A program made the translations under genes and the position numbers. From the NCBI GenBank assembly GCA_965649295.1, contig CBFGKH010000002.1, forward strand, positions 64,001 to 128,000: a stretch of DNA of 64,000 nucleotides, in the 5' to 3' direction. Shown here piece after piece: positions 10,341-18,825 of this stretch. The notes under the pieces are model-generated. The model worked only from the letters and a program-made list of their open reading frames with translations. It ran no database searches and was not told the DNA's origin. This DNA is from a candidate division WOR-3 bacterium (lineage in GTDB: Bacteria > Hydrothermota > Tepidihabitantia > Tepidihabitantales > Tepidihabitantaceae). Each line of letters starts with the position of its first letter. The first letter of the stretch is position 1.

Positions 10341-10574
10341 ATGGCTGACAACGCGGCGCCGGCAACTGCTCCGGCGGCAAAGAGTAGGACAACCGCCCTG
10401 ATTCTCTGTATTCTGCTTGGCGGGCTTGGGGTCCATCGGTTCTATGTCGGCAAGGTCGGAACCGGCATCGTCTGGTTGCTGACAGCCGGTGTGTTTGGTA
10501 TCGGCTGGCTGGTGGACATCATCATGATTGCCACCGGCAAGTTCAAGGACAAGCAGGGCAACTCCCTCGCTTAG
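10341..10574 (+). CDS. TM2 domain protein
   Basis: [24 protein letters not shown] motif; AAGGAGG RBS. Confidence 0.9.
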   Translation: MADNAAPATAPAAKSRTTALILCILLGGLGVHRFYVGKVGTGIVWLLTAGVFGIGWLVDIIMIATGKFKDKQGNSLA

Positions 10575-10709
10575 CTGATTGCGAGTAGTCTCCGGCCGCT
10601 GCCCGCGCAGCGGCCGGACGGCTTTCCGGTGCTTGACTTGGCGCAGCGTGACGGGCATAGTGAGGGCCGAGGCCGGTGAATTGAGGTCAACGTGGAGCGC
10701 CGCTGCCGG

Positions 10710-11420
10710 ATGAGCACGCTACTGCTGCTTGGGCTTGCGGCCGGGCCGATCGAAGCCGATGTCATCGAGCAGATTTTCGCTCGCCAGGCAGTAGTGGCAG
10801 CCCAGGTCTGCTCGCTCAGCTACCTAGCTCTGTACCAATACCGCGAAACCGACTATCGCCAAGACCGTCGGCAGGAGGTGAGCTGTTTTCGGCGGGTGAC
10901 GATGCGCGGCTACGATAATCAGCGGCACGACTTCCTCCGGGTTACCGTTGATGGCCGCGAGCTGGTCGGTGAGGAGATGGAGCAGGAGATTAGTGACCTG
11001 CGGGCCAAAGGGCTGATTGCCACCGGCACGAGGATGCCGTTTTTGCTCGAAACCCGCAACGAATATCGCTATCAACTGCTTGGCACAACCGAGCTGGCTG
11101 GTCAGGACTGCTGGCTTGTCGGTTTTGAGCCGGTGCGACCTTCGGGCAGGACGGTGCGCGGCCAGAGTTTCGTGCTCCGGGCGACCGGCGACATCATTCG
11201 CACCGAGTTTCGGCCAGCCCGAGTACCGTTTGTCGTGCAGGATATCGGGCTCGTGCTCGAATATGGTCGGGTCGGTTCCTACTGGCTACCGAGCCGATTT
11301 ACCTTCCGGATGGACTTGCGGCTGCGGTTGCTGGTAACAATGCTCGACCGCCGAATTGAGGTTGACGACAGTTACACCGACTACCATCTCTATCTCGGCG
11401 AGGCCAGTGGCAATGAATAG
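10710..11420 (+). CDS. Hypothetical exported protein (LolA/outer-membrane-sorting-like beta fold possible)
   Basis: Long ORF with a hydrophobic N-terminus and a YWLPSR motif; overlaps the next gene. Confidence 0.55.
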   Translation: MSTLLLLGLAAGPIEADVIEQIFARQAVVAAQVCSLSYLALYQYRETDYRQDRRQEVSCFRRVTMRGYDNQRHDFLRVTVDGRELVGEEMEQEISDLRAKGLIATGTRMPFLLETRNEYRYQLLGTTELAGQDCWLVGFEPVRPSGRTVRGQSFVLRATGDIIRTEFRPARVPFVVQDIGLVLEYGRVGSYWLPSRFTFRMDLRLRLLVTMLDRRIEVDDSYTDYHLYLGEASGNE

Positions 11421-11982
11421 CCTGCTGGCGGCGACGCTATTCAGCGGAGTCGGTTTTCTCTTTGGGGCGCTGCCGTTCTCGGTCTGGCTGGCACGATTGC
11501 GCGGCCGGGAGGTGCGGGCGTTCGGAGACGGCAATCCTGGTGCGGCCAATGCCTTTCGGGCTGGTGGCGCGGTAATCGGTATTGCCGCGTTGCTATTGGA
11601 CTTTCTCAAGGCCGGGCTGCCAGTAGCGGCTGCCTGGTGGTGGGCGCGGCTGCGAGGCTGGCCGATTGTGCCAGTCAGCCTGGCGCCGGTGCTTGGTCAT
11701 GCCTTCTCGCCATTCCTGCGCTGGCGGGGCGGCAAGGCGATTACCGCGACATTCGGAATCTGGGCCGGGCTAACACTTTGGCAAGGGCCGTCACTGCTGG
11801 GCGCGGCGTTTCTCGTTGGCAAGTTTCTACTGCGGCTGGCTGATGCCGGGACAGTGCTCTTTGGTATGGGCGTACTGCTGCTGGGGGCGATAGTGTGGTG
11901 GCGGTCGCCAGTGCTGGTCTTTCTGGCAATGGCGAACGCACTGCTTTTGGCCTGGACCCACCGGCGCGAGCTAAGACGATGA
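11413..11982 (+). CDS. PlsY-family acyltransferase
   Basis: GDGNPGAANAFR, LDFLKA, GHAFSPFL and GGKAI motifs. Confidence 0.85.
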   Translation: MNSLLAATLFSGVGFLFGALPFSVWLARLRGREVRAFGDGNPGAANAFRAGGAVIGIAALLLDFLKAGLPVAAAWWWARLRGWPIVPVSLAPVLGHAFSPFLRWRGGKAITATFGIWAGLTLWQGPSLLGAAFLVGKFLLRLADAGTVLFGMGVLLLGAIVWWRSPVLVFLAMANALLLAWTHRRELRR

Positions 11983-13130
11983 ACGTCTGGAACCTATTTG
12001 TTGATGCCTGGCGGGTGCTCATCTTTGTCGGGGTGCAGGGCCTGATTGCGGTTACCAACGCATTACTGATGCGGCGGCCAGCAAGGTATCCTGCCGCAGC
12101 CAGGCAGCCGCTAGTCTCGGTGCTGGTGCCGGCGCGAAACGAGGAGGCGACAATCGGCGCCTGCCTCTGGTCGCTGCTCGACCAGACCTATCCGAACATC
12201 GAGATTTTTGTCCTCGACGACAATTCAACCGACCAGACGACCTATCTGGCAGCGAGCTTTGAGAAGCCCAAGGTGCACCTAATCGGTGGCCGGCCCCTGC
12301 CCAATGACTGGACTGGCAAGGCTTGGGCCTGCCATCAACTGGCCCAGGTTGCAAACGGCGAGCTACTGCTATTCCTCGATGCCGATGTGTTTTTGGAGCC
12401 AGCCGCAATTGAACAACTGGTCAATGCGCAGGCAGCCACCAATGCCCAATTCGTCACTGCGCTCAACCGGAACGAGGTTGTTACTTTTGGCGAACAACTG
12501 ACAGTACCGTTTGTGGTCTGGAGCATTGTCACCTTGCTGCCGCTCGGTCTGGCCTACTGGCTGCGGCGGGCGACAGTCTTCTCGGCGGCCAACGGCAAGC
12601 TACTACTCTTCACCCGGCAGGCGTATGAGCAGACCGGCGGCCATGCGCAAGTGCGGCAGGATGCGACCGAGGACTTGGCCCTGTGTCGGCAGGTGAAAAA
12701 GCTGGGGCTAGGCTGGCGCTTGCTCGACGGCAGCGAGATTGCCCGGGTGAGGATGTACAACGGTTTCGCGGACGCAGTAGCGGGTTTCTCCAAGAACTAC
12801 TTTGCCCTGTTCGGCTACCGAGTGGTGCCGGCCTTGTTTGTCTGGTTCTGGATTATGCTCATCACCTGGCACCCAATCTTCACCTTGGCGGCAACGATTA
12901 CCGCACCAACCGGCAGCACGCTGGCCAGTGCTCTCACGCTGCTACTGGTGGCTGGGCAGTGGTTGCTCATCAGCAGCAAGTTCCGACTGCCGCGGCGGCT
13001 AGCGCTGTTCCATCCGCTGATAATGACCGTCTCGGCATTCATCGGTGTCCGTTCGCTGCTACTGGCGCTTGGCAATCAGACAACCTGGAAAGAGCGAGTC
13101 CTGCCGCGGCGGCGACCGCGGCTGTTCTAG
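11979..13130 (+). CDS. Glycosyltransferase family 2 (CrtQ/CruC-like)
   Basis: VSVLVPARNEE, DDNSTD, WTGKAWACHQL, FLDAD, EDLAL and RMY..GFSKN motifs. Confidence 0.88.
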   Translation: MNVWNLFVDAWRVLIFVGVQGLIAVTNALLMRRPARYPAAARQPLVSVLVPARNEEATIGACLWSLLDQTYPNIEIFVLDDNSTDQTTYLAASFEKPKVHLIGGRPLPNDWTGKAWACHQLAQVANGELLLFLDADVFLEPAAIEQLVNAQAATNAQFVTALNRNEVVTFGEQLTVPFVVWSIVTLLPLGLAYWLRRATVFSAANGKLLLFTRQAYEQTGGHAQVRQDATEDLALCRQVKKLGLGWRLLDGSEIARVRMYNGFADAVAGFSKNYFALFGYRVVPALFVWFWIMLITWHPIFTLAATITAPTGSTLASALTLLLVAGQWLLISSKFRLPRRLALFHPLIMTVSAFIGVRSLLLALGNQTTWKERVLPRRRPRLF

Positions 13131-13156
13131 ATTCGGTGCCGACTATCGGGGCGGGT

Positions 13157-13185
13157 TTGATTCGGACCGCCCCAGCAGCTATAAT
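13157..13185 (+). promoter_or_regulatory. sigma70-type promoter upstream of serpin
   Basis: TTGATT-17nt-TATAAT. Confidence 0.55.
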
Positions 13186-13355
13186 TAGTATCATGGCTGG
13201 GGCAGGATGCCGATGATAACACTGGGAATGGACCGAGGCTAGGCCTGGTAGATGGTAACGATGGGTGCAAAGCCGCTGCCAGTCCTAAAAGGCCGGTGCC
13301 CACAGACCCACAAACAGCCGCAAGCAAAGAGCATAGCTTACGTTTGGGAGGAAAT

Positions 13356-14564
13356 ATGCAGAGAATCGCCCTGACAGCATTACTATCGGTCGCCTTGCTC
13401 GGGATGCCCGGGCTTGCCCAAGAGCCGGAGTCAACCGATGTAACACCGATTGTCAATTCCGGTAACAACCTGGCCTTCAAGCTGCTGGTCCGGCTTAGTC
13501 GGACTGGCAACGAGAATGTCTTCGTGTCGCCCACCAGTATCGCAATGTGTCTAACCATGGCCTACAACGGTGCCGCCGGAACCACGCTCGGCGCAATGAT
13601 ACAGACACTGGGCTACGACGGCCTTGACCCAGAATACGTCAACCGGGCCAATAGCTTCCTGCGCAAAGAACTGACCGGCGCTGACCCCAAGGTGCGGCTC
13701 GACATTGCCAACTCGCTCTGGGCGCACAAGACCGTCGGGCTGCAGGAGCGGTTTGTCAGCCTCAATCAGAACTACTTCAACGCCCGGCTGAGTGTGATTG
13801 ACTTCGCCAGTCCAACAGCAGTGCCCGCCATCAACAACTGGGTGAGCCAGAACACCAATGGCCGCATCACCCAGATAGTGAACAAGCTCGACCCGGCCGA
13901 CCGCCTGCTGCTCATCAACGCCATCTACTTCAAGGGCAAGTGGACCGAGCCGTTCGACCCCAAGAAGACCGCGCCCCGCGACTTTTACCTGACCAAGACA
14001 AAAACGGTAAAGCGGCAGATGATGCGGCGCGAAGGCAGCTTCAACTATCTTCAGGACAACGGTTTTCAGGCAGTCAGCCTGCCTTATGGCGATGGCCGGC
14101 TGGCGATGTACATCTTCTTGCCCGACAGCCGCGACGGCATCATTGACCTGCTCGCCCAGATGAGCAAAGAGAACTGGGATGAGTGGATGGGCCAGTTCCG
14201 GCGGCGCGAGGGTGAGGTAGTCCTGCCGCGGTTCCGCATCGAGTATGACACGAGCCTGGTCGAGCCGCTGAGCCTCTTTGGCATGAGCGTCGCCTTTGAC
14301 CCGAAAGAGGCGAACTTCAGCTACATGGTCAAGCCGCCCGAGAACCTCTTCATCGGCGACGTCATTCATAAGACATTCGTCGAGGTAAACGAGGAAGGCA
14401 CTGAGGCAGCCGCGGTCACCGGCGTCAAGATGATGGCCACTGCCGTACCGACGAAGACCGACAAGTTCACATTCATCTGCGACCATCCGTTTGTCTGCGC
14501 GATTCGGGACAACGTGACCGGCGCAATCCTCTTCATCGGCACGATTGCCGATCCGAAACAGTAA
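13356..14564 (+). CDS. Secreted serpin (serine protease inhibitor)
   Basis: Signal peptide, NVFVSPTSI, NAIYFKGKW, EVNEEGTEAAA hinge, DHPF. Confidence 0.96.
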   Translation: MQRIALTALLSVALLGMPGLAQEPESTDVTPIVNSGNNLAFKLLVRLSRTGNENVFVSPTSIAMCLTMAYNGAAGTTLGAMIQTLGYDGLDPEYVNRANSFLRKELTGADPKVRLDIANSLWAHKTVGLQERFVSLNQNYFNARLSVIDFASPTAVPAINNWVSQNTNGRITQIVNKLDPADRLLLINAIYFKGKWTEPFDPKKTAPRDFYLTKTKTVKRQMMRREGSFNYLQDNGFQAVSLPYGDGRLAMYIFLPDSRDGIIDLLAQMSKENWDEWMGQFRRREGEVVLPRFRIEYDTSLVEPLSLFGMSVAFDPKEANFSYMVKPPENLFIGDVIHKTFVEVNEEGTEAAAVTGVKMMATAVPTKTDKFTFICDHPFVCAIRDNVTGAILFIGTIADPKQ

Positions 14565-14597
14565 AAGGCCAGACCTAGCAGTAAGAGCCTACTAGGA

Positions 14598-14634
14598 CAG
14601 AATCGCCGAGCAGGACTCGGCGATTCTGCTTTCT
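14598..14634 (+). terminator. Intrinsic terminator after serpin
   Basis: 13-bp stem CAGAATCGCCGAG/CTCGGCGATTCTG followed by CTTTCT. Confidence 0.75.
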
Positions 14635-14648
14635 ACGCAGCACAGCCG

Positions 14649-14965
14649 ACAAGGTGAATTGCTGGCCTGTCGTCAGGCAACGCCAGCAGTAGTCTTCGAA
14701 GCCTGACCGCAAGCTAGTCCTCTGGCAGCTTCCGGAGCAGAATCAGGCACGCGTCCCCAAGCAGTGCGAATAGTCGTCACTGGCGTAGCCAACGAAGCGG
14801 CCTGGCAATGCCAGTCAGGGGCCGTCGCGATGGCACATCCGCAGGCCCAGTTGCAGGTGGTCATGCAATAAGACCGGCAAGCCGACTTAGGAGCGATGTC
14901 AGGACAGGCTTGTGGACTGGCCGAACAAGAGGCTCGGGAGACCATCCCGGGGATGGAGGAGGGGG
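14649..14965. repeat. 12-bp-phased degenerate array 3 (24 units plus GC-rich cap)
   Basis: 12-mers from 14649: purine at position 4 in 22/24 and G at position 5 in 19/24. Ends in GGGAGACCATCCCGGGGATGGAGGAGGGGG. Confidence 0.75.
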
Positions 14966-15423
14966 AGAGAAGGGAAGCAATATATCACATTGTAAGGCCT
15001 AGATTTAGGCTAATAGCGACCCTGCAGGTTCTGCACCCGAAAAGGGGTGCAAAGCCCTGACCATCAGTCTTCAATATTGAGCGGGTCTGTGTCGCGTCGG
15101 CCGTGAAACGACGTGCGCCAGCCGCGAGCTGGTCAGCGATAGTTGTACCTTGTTGGTCGCGTTGCGTGGAAGACCGGTCTCGTGGGCCTACTGGCGGTAA
15201 TTGAGTCGAACGCAAGTTCGCAATAGTGAGCTTGAGTGGGATGTCAAGCGCAGTCAGCAGCGGCTTGGCTGGTACCTGTGTAGCCGGTGTAGAACATGGC
15301 TTGCCGAGGGTTGACAGGCAAGCTATGATTGGCCTGTGGCGGAACCGAGCAACGTGACTCCTGAAGCGGTGAAGCGCTTGTGCTGGAGTTCGAGCGCGAG
15401 CTGCTAGCCTAGTCGCTCGTGGT

Positions 15424-15451
15424 TTGACTGGCTCGGGCAGTAGATTATAAT
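15424..15451 (+). promoter_or_regulatory. sigma70-type promoter of rpmA
   Basis: TTGACT-16nt-TATAAT. Confidence 0.65.
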
Positions 15452-15489
15452 CTCGGTCCGACAATCCAACCTGTTTAGGAGTCAATCAG

Positions 15490-15747
15490 ATGGCACACAA
15501 GAAGAGTGGCGGTTCTGGTAAGAACGGACGTAATAGTCCGGGCCAGCGGCTGGGTATCAAGGCCTTTGGCTCGGAGCGGGTGACCTGCGGTTCGATCATT
15601 GTCCGGCAGCGGGGTACGGTGATTCTGCCGGGAGTGAACGTCGGCCGCGGCAAGGACGACACGTTGTTTGCGCTGGCGGACGGAGTGGTCAAGTTCGAGC
15701 AGTGCGGCAAGTCGAAGAAGCGCGTGTCGGTGGTCGCGGCTTCCTAG
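15490..15747 (+). CDS. rpmA: 50S ribosomal protein L27
   Basis: [16 protein letters not shown]...IIVRQRGT...GKDDTLFAL. Confidence 0.98.
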   Translation: MAHKKSGGSGKNGRNSPGQRLGIKAFGSERVTCGSIIVRQRGTVILPGVNVGRGKDDTLFALADGVVKFEQCGKSKKRVSVVAAS

Positions 15748-15826
15748 CCACTACGAACGCAGTTTCTTTGTCGCTGCTAGGGCCTCTTCGCAGAAGAAGA
15801 GGGGGCAGCGGTATGCGGAGGTTGGC

Positions 15827-16549
15827 GTGAGAATCAAGTTTCTGGGGCATGCCGCCTTTCTGCTGACGGCGAGCGACGGCACGCGGATAGTTACTGACCC
15901 GTATAAGCCGGGTGCGTTTGACGGTGCTATCAAGTATGGGCCAATCCGGGAGGCTGCCGATTATGCGACGGTCAGCCACGACCATCTTGACCACAACAAC
16001 GCGGCTGAGCTGCCGGGCAAACCGGTAGTGATAGGGCCAAGCCAAGAGTCAAAAGCCAAGAGTCAAGAGCCAAGAGGACGAAGCGAGAAGCTAGAGGGGC
16101 GCGAGCCGATTATCCGAACCCGGGCCGGCAGCGTGGTGATTACCGGGTTTGATTCGTTTCATGACACCGAGCAGGGAGCGCAGCGGGGGAAGAACATTAT
16201 CTTTCTGTTTGAGGATGCGGGGCTGCGGCTGGCGCATCTTGGTGACCTCGGGCATGTGCCCAAGGAGCAGGCGGCGGCGATTGGCCGGGTAGATGTCCTG
16301 CTGCTGCCGGTGGGCGGCTATTACACGATTGGGCCGAACGAGGCGGCGAAGGCAACTGAGCTGCTGGGTGCCCGGGTGATTATTCCGATGCACTTTGCGA
16401 CCAAGAAGACGAATATGCCGATTGCCGGTGTTGAGGAGTTTCTGCGCGGACGGCCGAATGTGAAGCGATTGGGGACGAGTGAGGTTGAGGTGACGCCGGC
16501 CAGTCTGCCCCCAGCACCGGAGATTTGGGTGCTGGAACACGCACTCTAG
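15827..16549 (+). CDS. MBL-fold metal-dependent hydrolase
   Basis: LGHAAF, TDPY, SHDHLDH, HLGDLGH and IPMHF motifs; GTG start after GGAGG. Confidence 0.88.
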   Translation: MRIKFLGHAAFLLTASDGTRIVTDPYKPGAFDGAIKYGPIREAADYATVSHDHLDHNNAAELPGKPVVIGPSQESKAKSQEPRGRSEKLEGREPIIRTRAGSVVITGFDSFHDTEQGAQRGKNIIFLFEDAGLRLAHLGDLGHVPKEQAAAIGRVDVLLLPVGGYYTIGPNEAAKATELLGARVIIPMHFATKKTNMPIAGVEEFLRGRPNVKRLGTSEVEVTPASLPPAPEIWVLEHAL

Positions 16550-16606
16550 TGACTGCTGATTTGTGGCGGCCGATTTCCGATTGGGCAGGATGAAGCGAGG
16601 CAAAGC

Positions 16607-17449
16607 ATGAGAGAGATTGGGTTTGATGTGATCAGGGATACGGTTGCCCGGCTGTGTATCGAGGCGAACTGCTATCTTGGTGATGATGTGGTGCAGGCGT
16701 TTCGGCGCGGCCTGGAGATTGAGGAGTCGCCGGCTGGCCGGGATGTGTTGAATCAACTGCTCGAGAATGAGCAGATTGCCCGCAAGGAACTGCTGCCAAT
16801 CTGTCAGGACACGGGCTGGGCCGTGGTCTGGGTTGAGATTGGCTCGCAGGTGCGGGTGACGGGCGGCGAGCTTTATGACGCGATTCAGCAGGGCGTGGCC
16901 AAGGGTTATACCGAGGGCTACCTGCGCAAGTCAATTGTCGAGGACCCGTTGCGGCGCAAGAACACCGGCAACAACACGCCGGCCATCATCTACACCGACA
17001 TTGTACCGGGCGACAGGCTGAAGCTCGTGGTCCAGCCCAAGGGTGGCGGTTCCGAGAATATGAGTGAGGTGAAGATGCTTTCGGCGGCGGACGGCGCCGA
17101 GGGGATCAAGAAGTTTGTGGTTGACCGGGTGGCGCGGTCGAAGGCCAATCCGTGTCCGCCGATTATTGTCGGCGTCGGCATCGGCGGGACGTTTGAGAAG
17201 TGCGCGATGCTGGCGAAGAAGTCGCTGCTTAGGGAGATTGGTTCAGTTCATCCTGACCCTTTCTATGCGGAGATGGAGAAGGAGCTGCTCGAACGGATTA
17301 ACAAGCTTGGCATCGGGCCGCAGGGACTGGGTGGCAGGGTGACAGCGCTGGCCGTCTTTATCGAGGCATTTCCTTGTCATATTGCGACGATGCCCTGCGC
17401 CGTGAATATCAACTGCCACGCCGCGCGGCATAAGACAGTGGTGCTCTAG
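16607..17449 (+). CDS. Fe-S fumarate hydratase, alpha subunit
   Basis: PICQDTG, KGGGSEN, CPP..GVGIGG and CHIA...CHAAR motifs. Confidence 0.93.
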   Translation: MREIGFDVIRDTVARLCIEANCYLGDDVVQAFRRGLEIEESPAGRDVLNQLLENEQIARKELLPICQDTGWAVVWVEIGSQVRVTGGELYDAIQQGVAKGYTEGYLRKSIVEDPLRRKNTGNNTPAIIYTDIVPGDRLKLVVQPKGGGSENMSEVKMLSAADGAEGIKKFVVDRVARSKANPCPPIIVGVGIGGTFEKCAMLAKKSLLREIGSVHPDPFYAEMEKELLERINKLGIGPQGLGGRVTALAVFIEAFPCHIATMPCAVNINCHAARHKTVVL

Positions 17450-17457
17450 GGGGCGAG

Positions 17458-18009
17458 ATGGCAAAGAAGATTCAGGCTCCGCTGACAGTTGATACCGTGA
17501 AAGACCTGCGGGCTGGTGATTCGGTGCTGATTTCGGGCATCATCTATACCGGCCGCGACCTTGCCCACAAGCGGCTGACCGATGCCATCAAGGCCGGGGA
17601 GAAGCTGCCGTTCGACCTGACCGGTGCGGTTATCTACTATGTCGGGCCGTCGCCAGCCAAGCCCGGACAGGTGATTGGTTCGGCCGGGCCGACAACGTCG
17701 TATCGGATGGACAGCTACTCGCCGCTGTTGATGGAGAAGGGGATGCGCGGCATGATTGGCAAGGGCAACCGCACCCCGCCGGTGATTGAGGCGATGCAGC
17801 GCTACGGTGCGGTCTATTTTGCCGCAGTTGGTGGTGCCGGCGCCTTGATTGCGCGCAGCATCAAGGAGGCAAAGGTCATCGCCTATGAGGACTTGGGGCC
17901 GGAGGCGGTGCGCGAGCTGCGCGTCGAAGACTTTCCAGCGATTGTCATCAACGACAGGTACGGCGGCGACCTGTACGAGCAGGGCGTGGCCAAGTACCGG
18001 AAGGACTAG
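17458..18009 (+). CDS. Fe-S fumarate hydratase, beta subunit
   Basis: GRDLAHKR, GPTTSYRMD, IGKG and EDLGPEA motifs. Confidence 0.93.
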   Translation: MAKKIQAPLTVDTVKDLRAGDSVLISGIIYTGRDLAHKRLTDAIKAGEKLPFDLTGAVIYYVGPSPAKPGQVIGSAGPTTSYRMDSYSPLLMEKGMRGMIGKGNRTPPVIEAMQRYGAVYFAAVGGAGALIARSIKEAKVIAYEDLGPEAVRELRVEDFPAIVINDRYGGDLYEQGVAKYRKD

Positions 18010-18012
18010 GCG

Positions 18013-18819
18013 ATGGCAGACGAGACGAAGAGCCCAAAGTCAAAGTCGAGGAGCCAAAAGCCAAGGGCCAAGGCGACCAAGCCCGAAACCCGGGCTGGCA
18101 GCGGTCAGCCGAAAGCCGAAAGCCCTACTGTCGCTCCTAGTGACCTCGTAACCATCTACGTGATGGGCGAGGCTTACCAGGTGCCGAAAGAGCTGACGAT
18201 AATGAAGGCGATGGAGTATGCCGGTTTTCGGTTTATCCGCGGGTGCGGGTGCCGGGGCGGGTTCTGTGGCGCTTGCGGCACGGTCTATCGCAAGAAGGAT
18301 TCGTACAAGCTGCGGGTGGGTCTGGCGTGTCAGACCGTGGTTGAGGACGGAATGTATCTGACCCAGATTCCGTTCTATCCTGCCAACAAGGCGCAATACG
18401 ACATCGCCACCGAGCCGGCCAATACTCAGGTGCTGGTGCGCCGCTATCCGGAGATAATGCGCTGCATCGCCTGTAACTCGTGTACCAAAATCTGCCCGCA
18501 GGATATTGACGTGATGGGCTACATCAATGCGGCGATTCGCGGCGACATTGCCAAGGTGGCCGACATGTCGTTCGACTGCATCATGTGCGGGCTGTGCGCG
18601 AGCCGCTGCCCGGCCGAGATTGTTCACTATAACGTCGCCCTGCTGGCGCGGCGGCTGTATGGCGCCAAGCTGGCCAAGCGGGCACCGCATCTGGCCGAGC
18701 GGCTTCGGGAGATTGCGGCCGGCAAGTTTGAGCCGGGACTGGACCGGCTCTGCCAGCTCGACGAGAAAGAACTGGCGAAGCTTTATTACGACCCGAACAC
18801 GAGGGATGTGGAGCCGTAA
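18013..18819 (+). CDS. Fumarate reductase/succinate dehydrogenase-like Fe-S subunit
   Basis: CGCRGGFCGAC 2Fe-2S motif and two CxxCxxCxxxCP motifs. Confidence 0.85.
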   Translation: MADETKSPKSKSRSQKPRAKATKPETRAGSGQPKAESPTVAPSDLVTIYVMGEAYQVPKELTIMKAMEYAGFRFIRGCGCRGGFCGACGTVYRKKDSYKLRVGLACQTVVEDGMYLTQIPFYPANKAQYDIATEPANTQVLVRRYPEIMRCIACNSCTKICPQDIDVMGYINAAIRGDIAKVADMSFDCIMCGLCASRCPAEIVHYNVALLARRLYGAKLAKRAPHLAERLREIAAGKFEPGLDRLCQLDEKELAKLYYDPNTRDVEP

Positions 18820-18825
18820 GGAGGA

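Noticed and set aside
13186..13355. Riboswitch (c-di-GMP-I-like GCAAAGCC) in the serpin leader; similar word near 15045
   Set aside because: Could not fold the required stems. An Rfam/Infernal search is needed.
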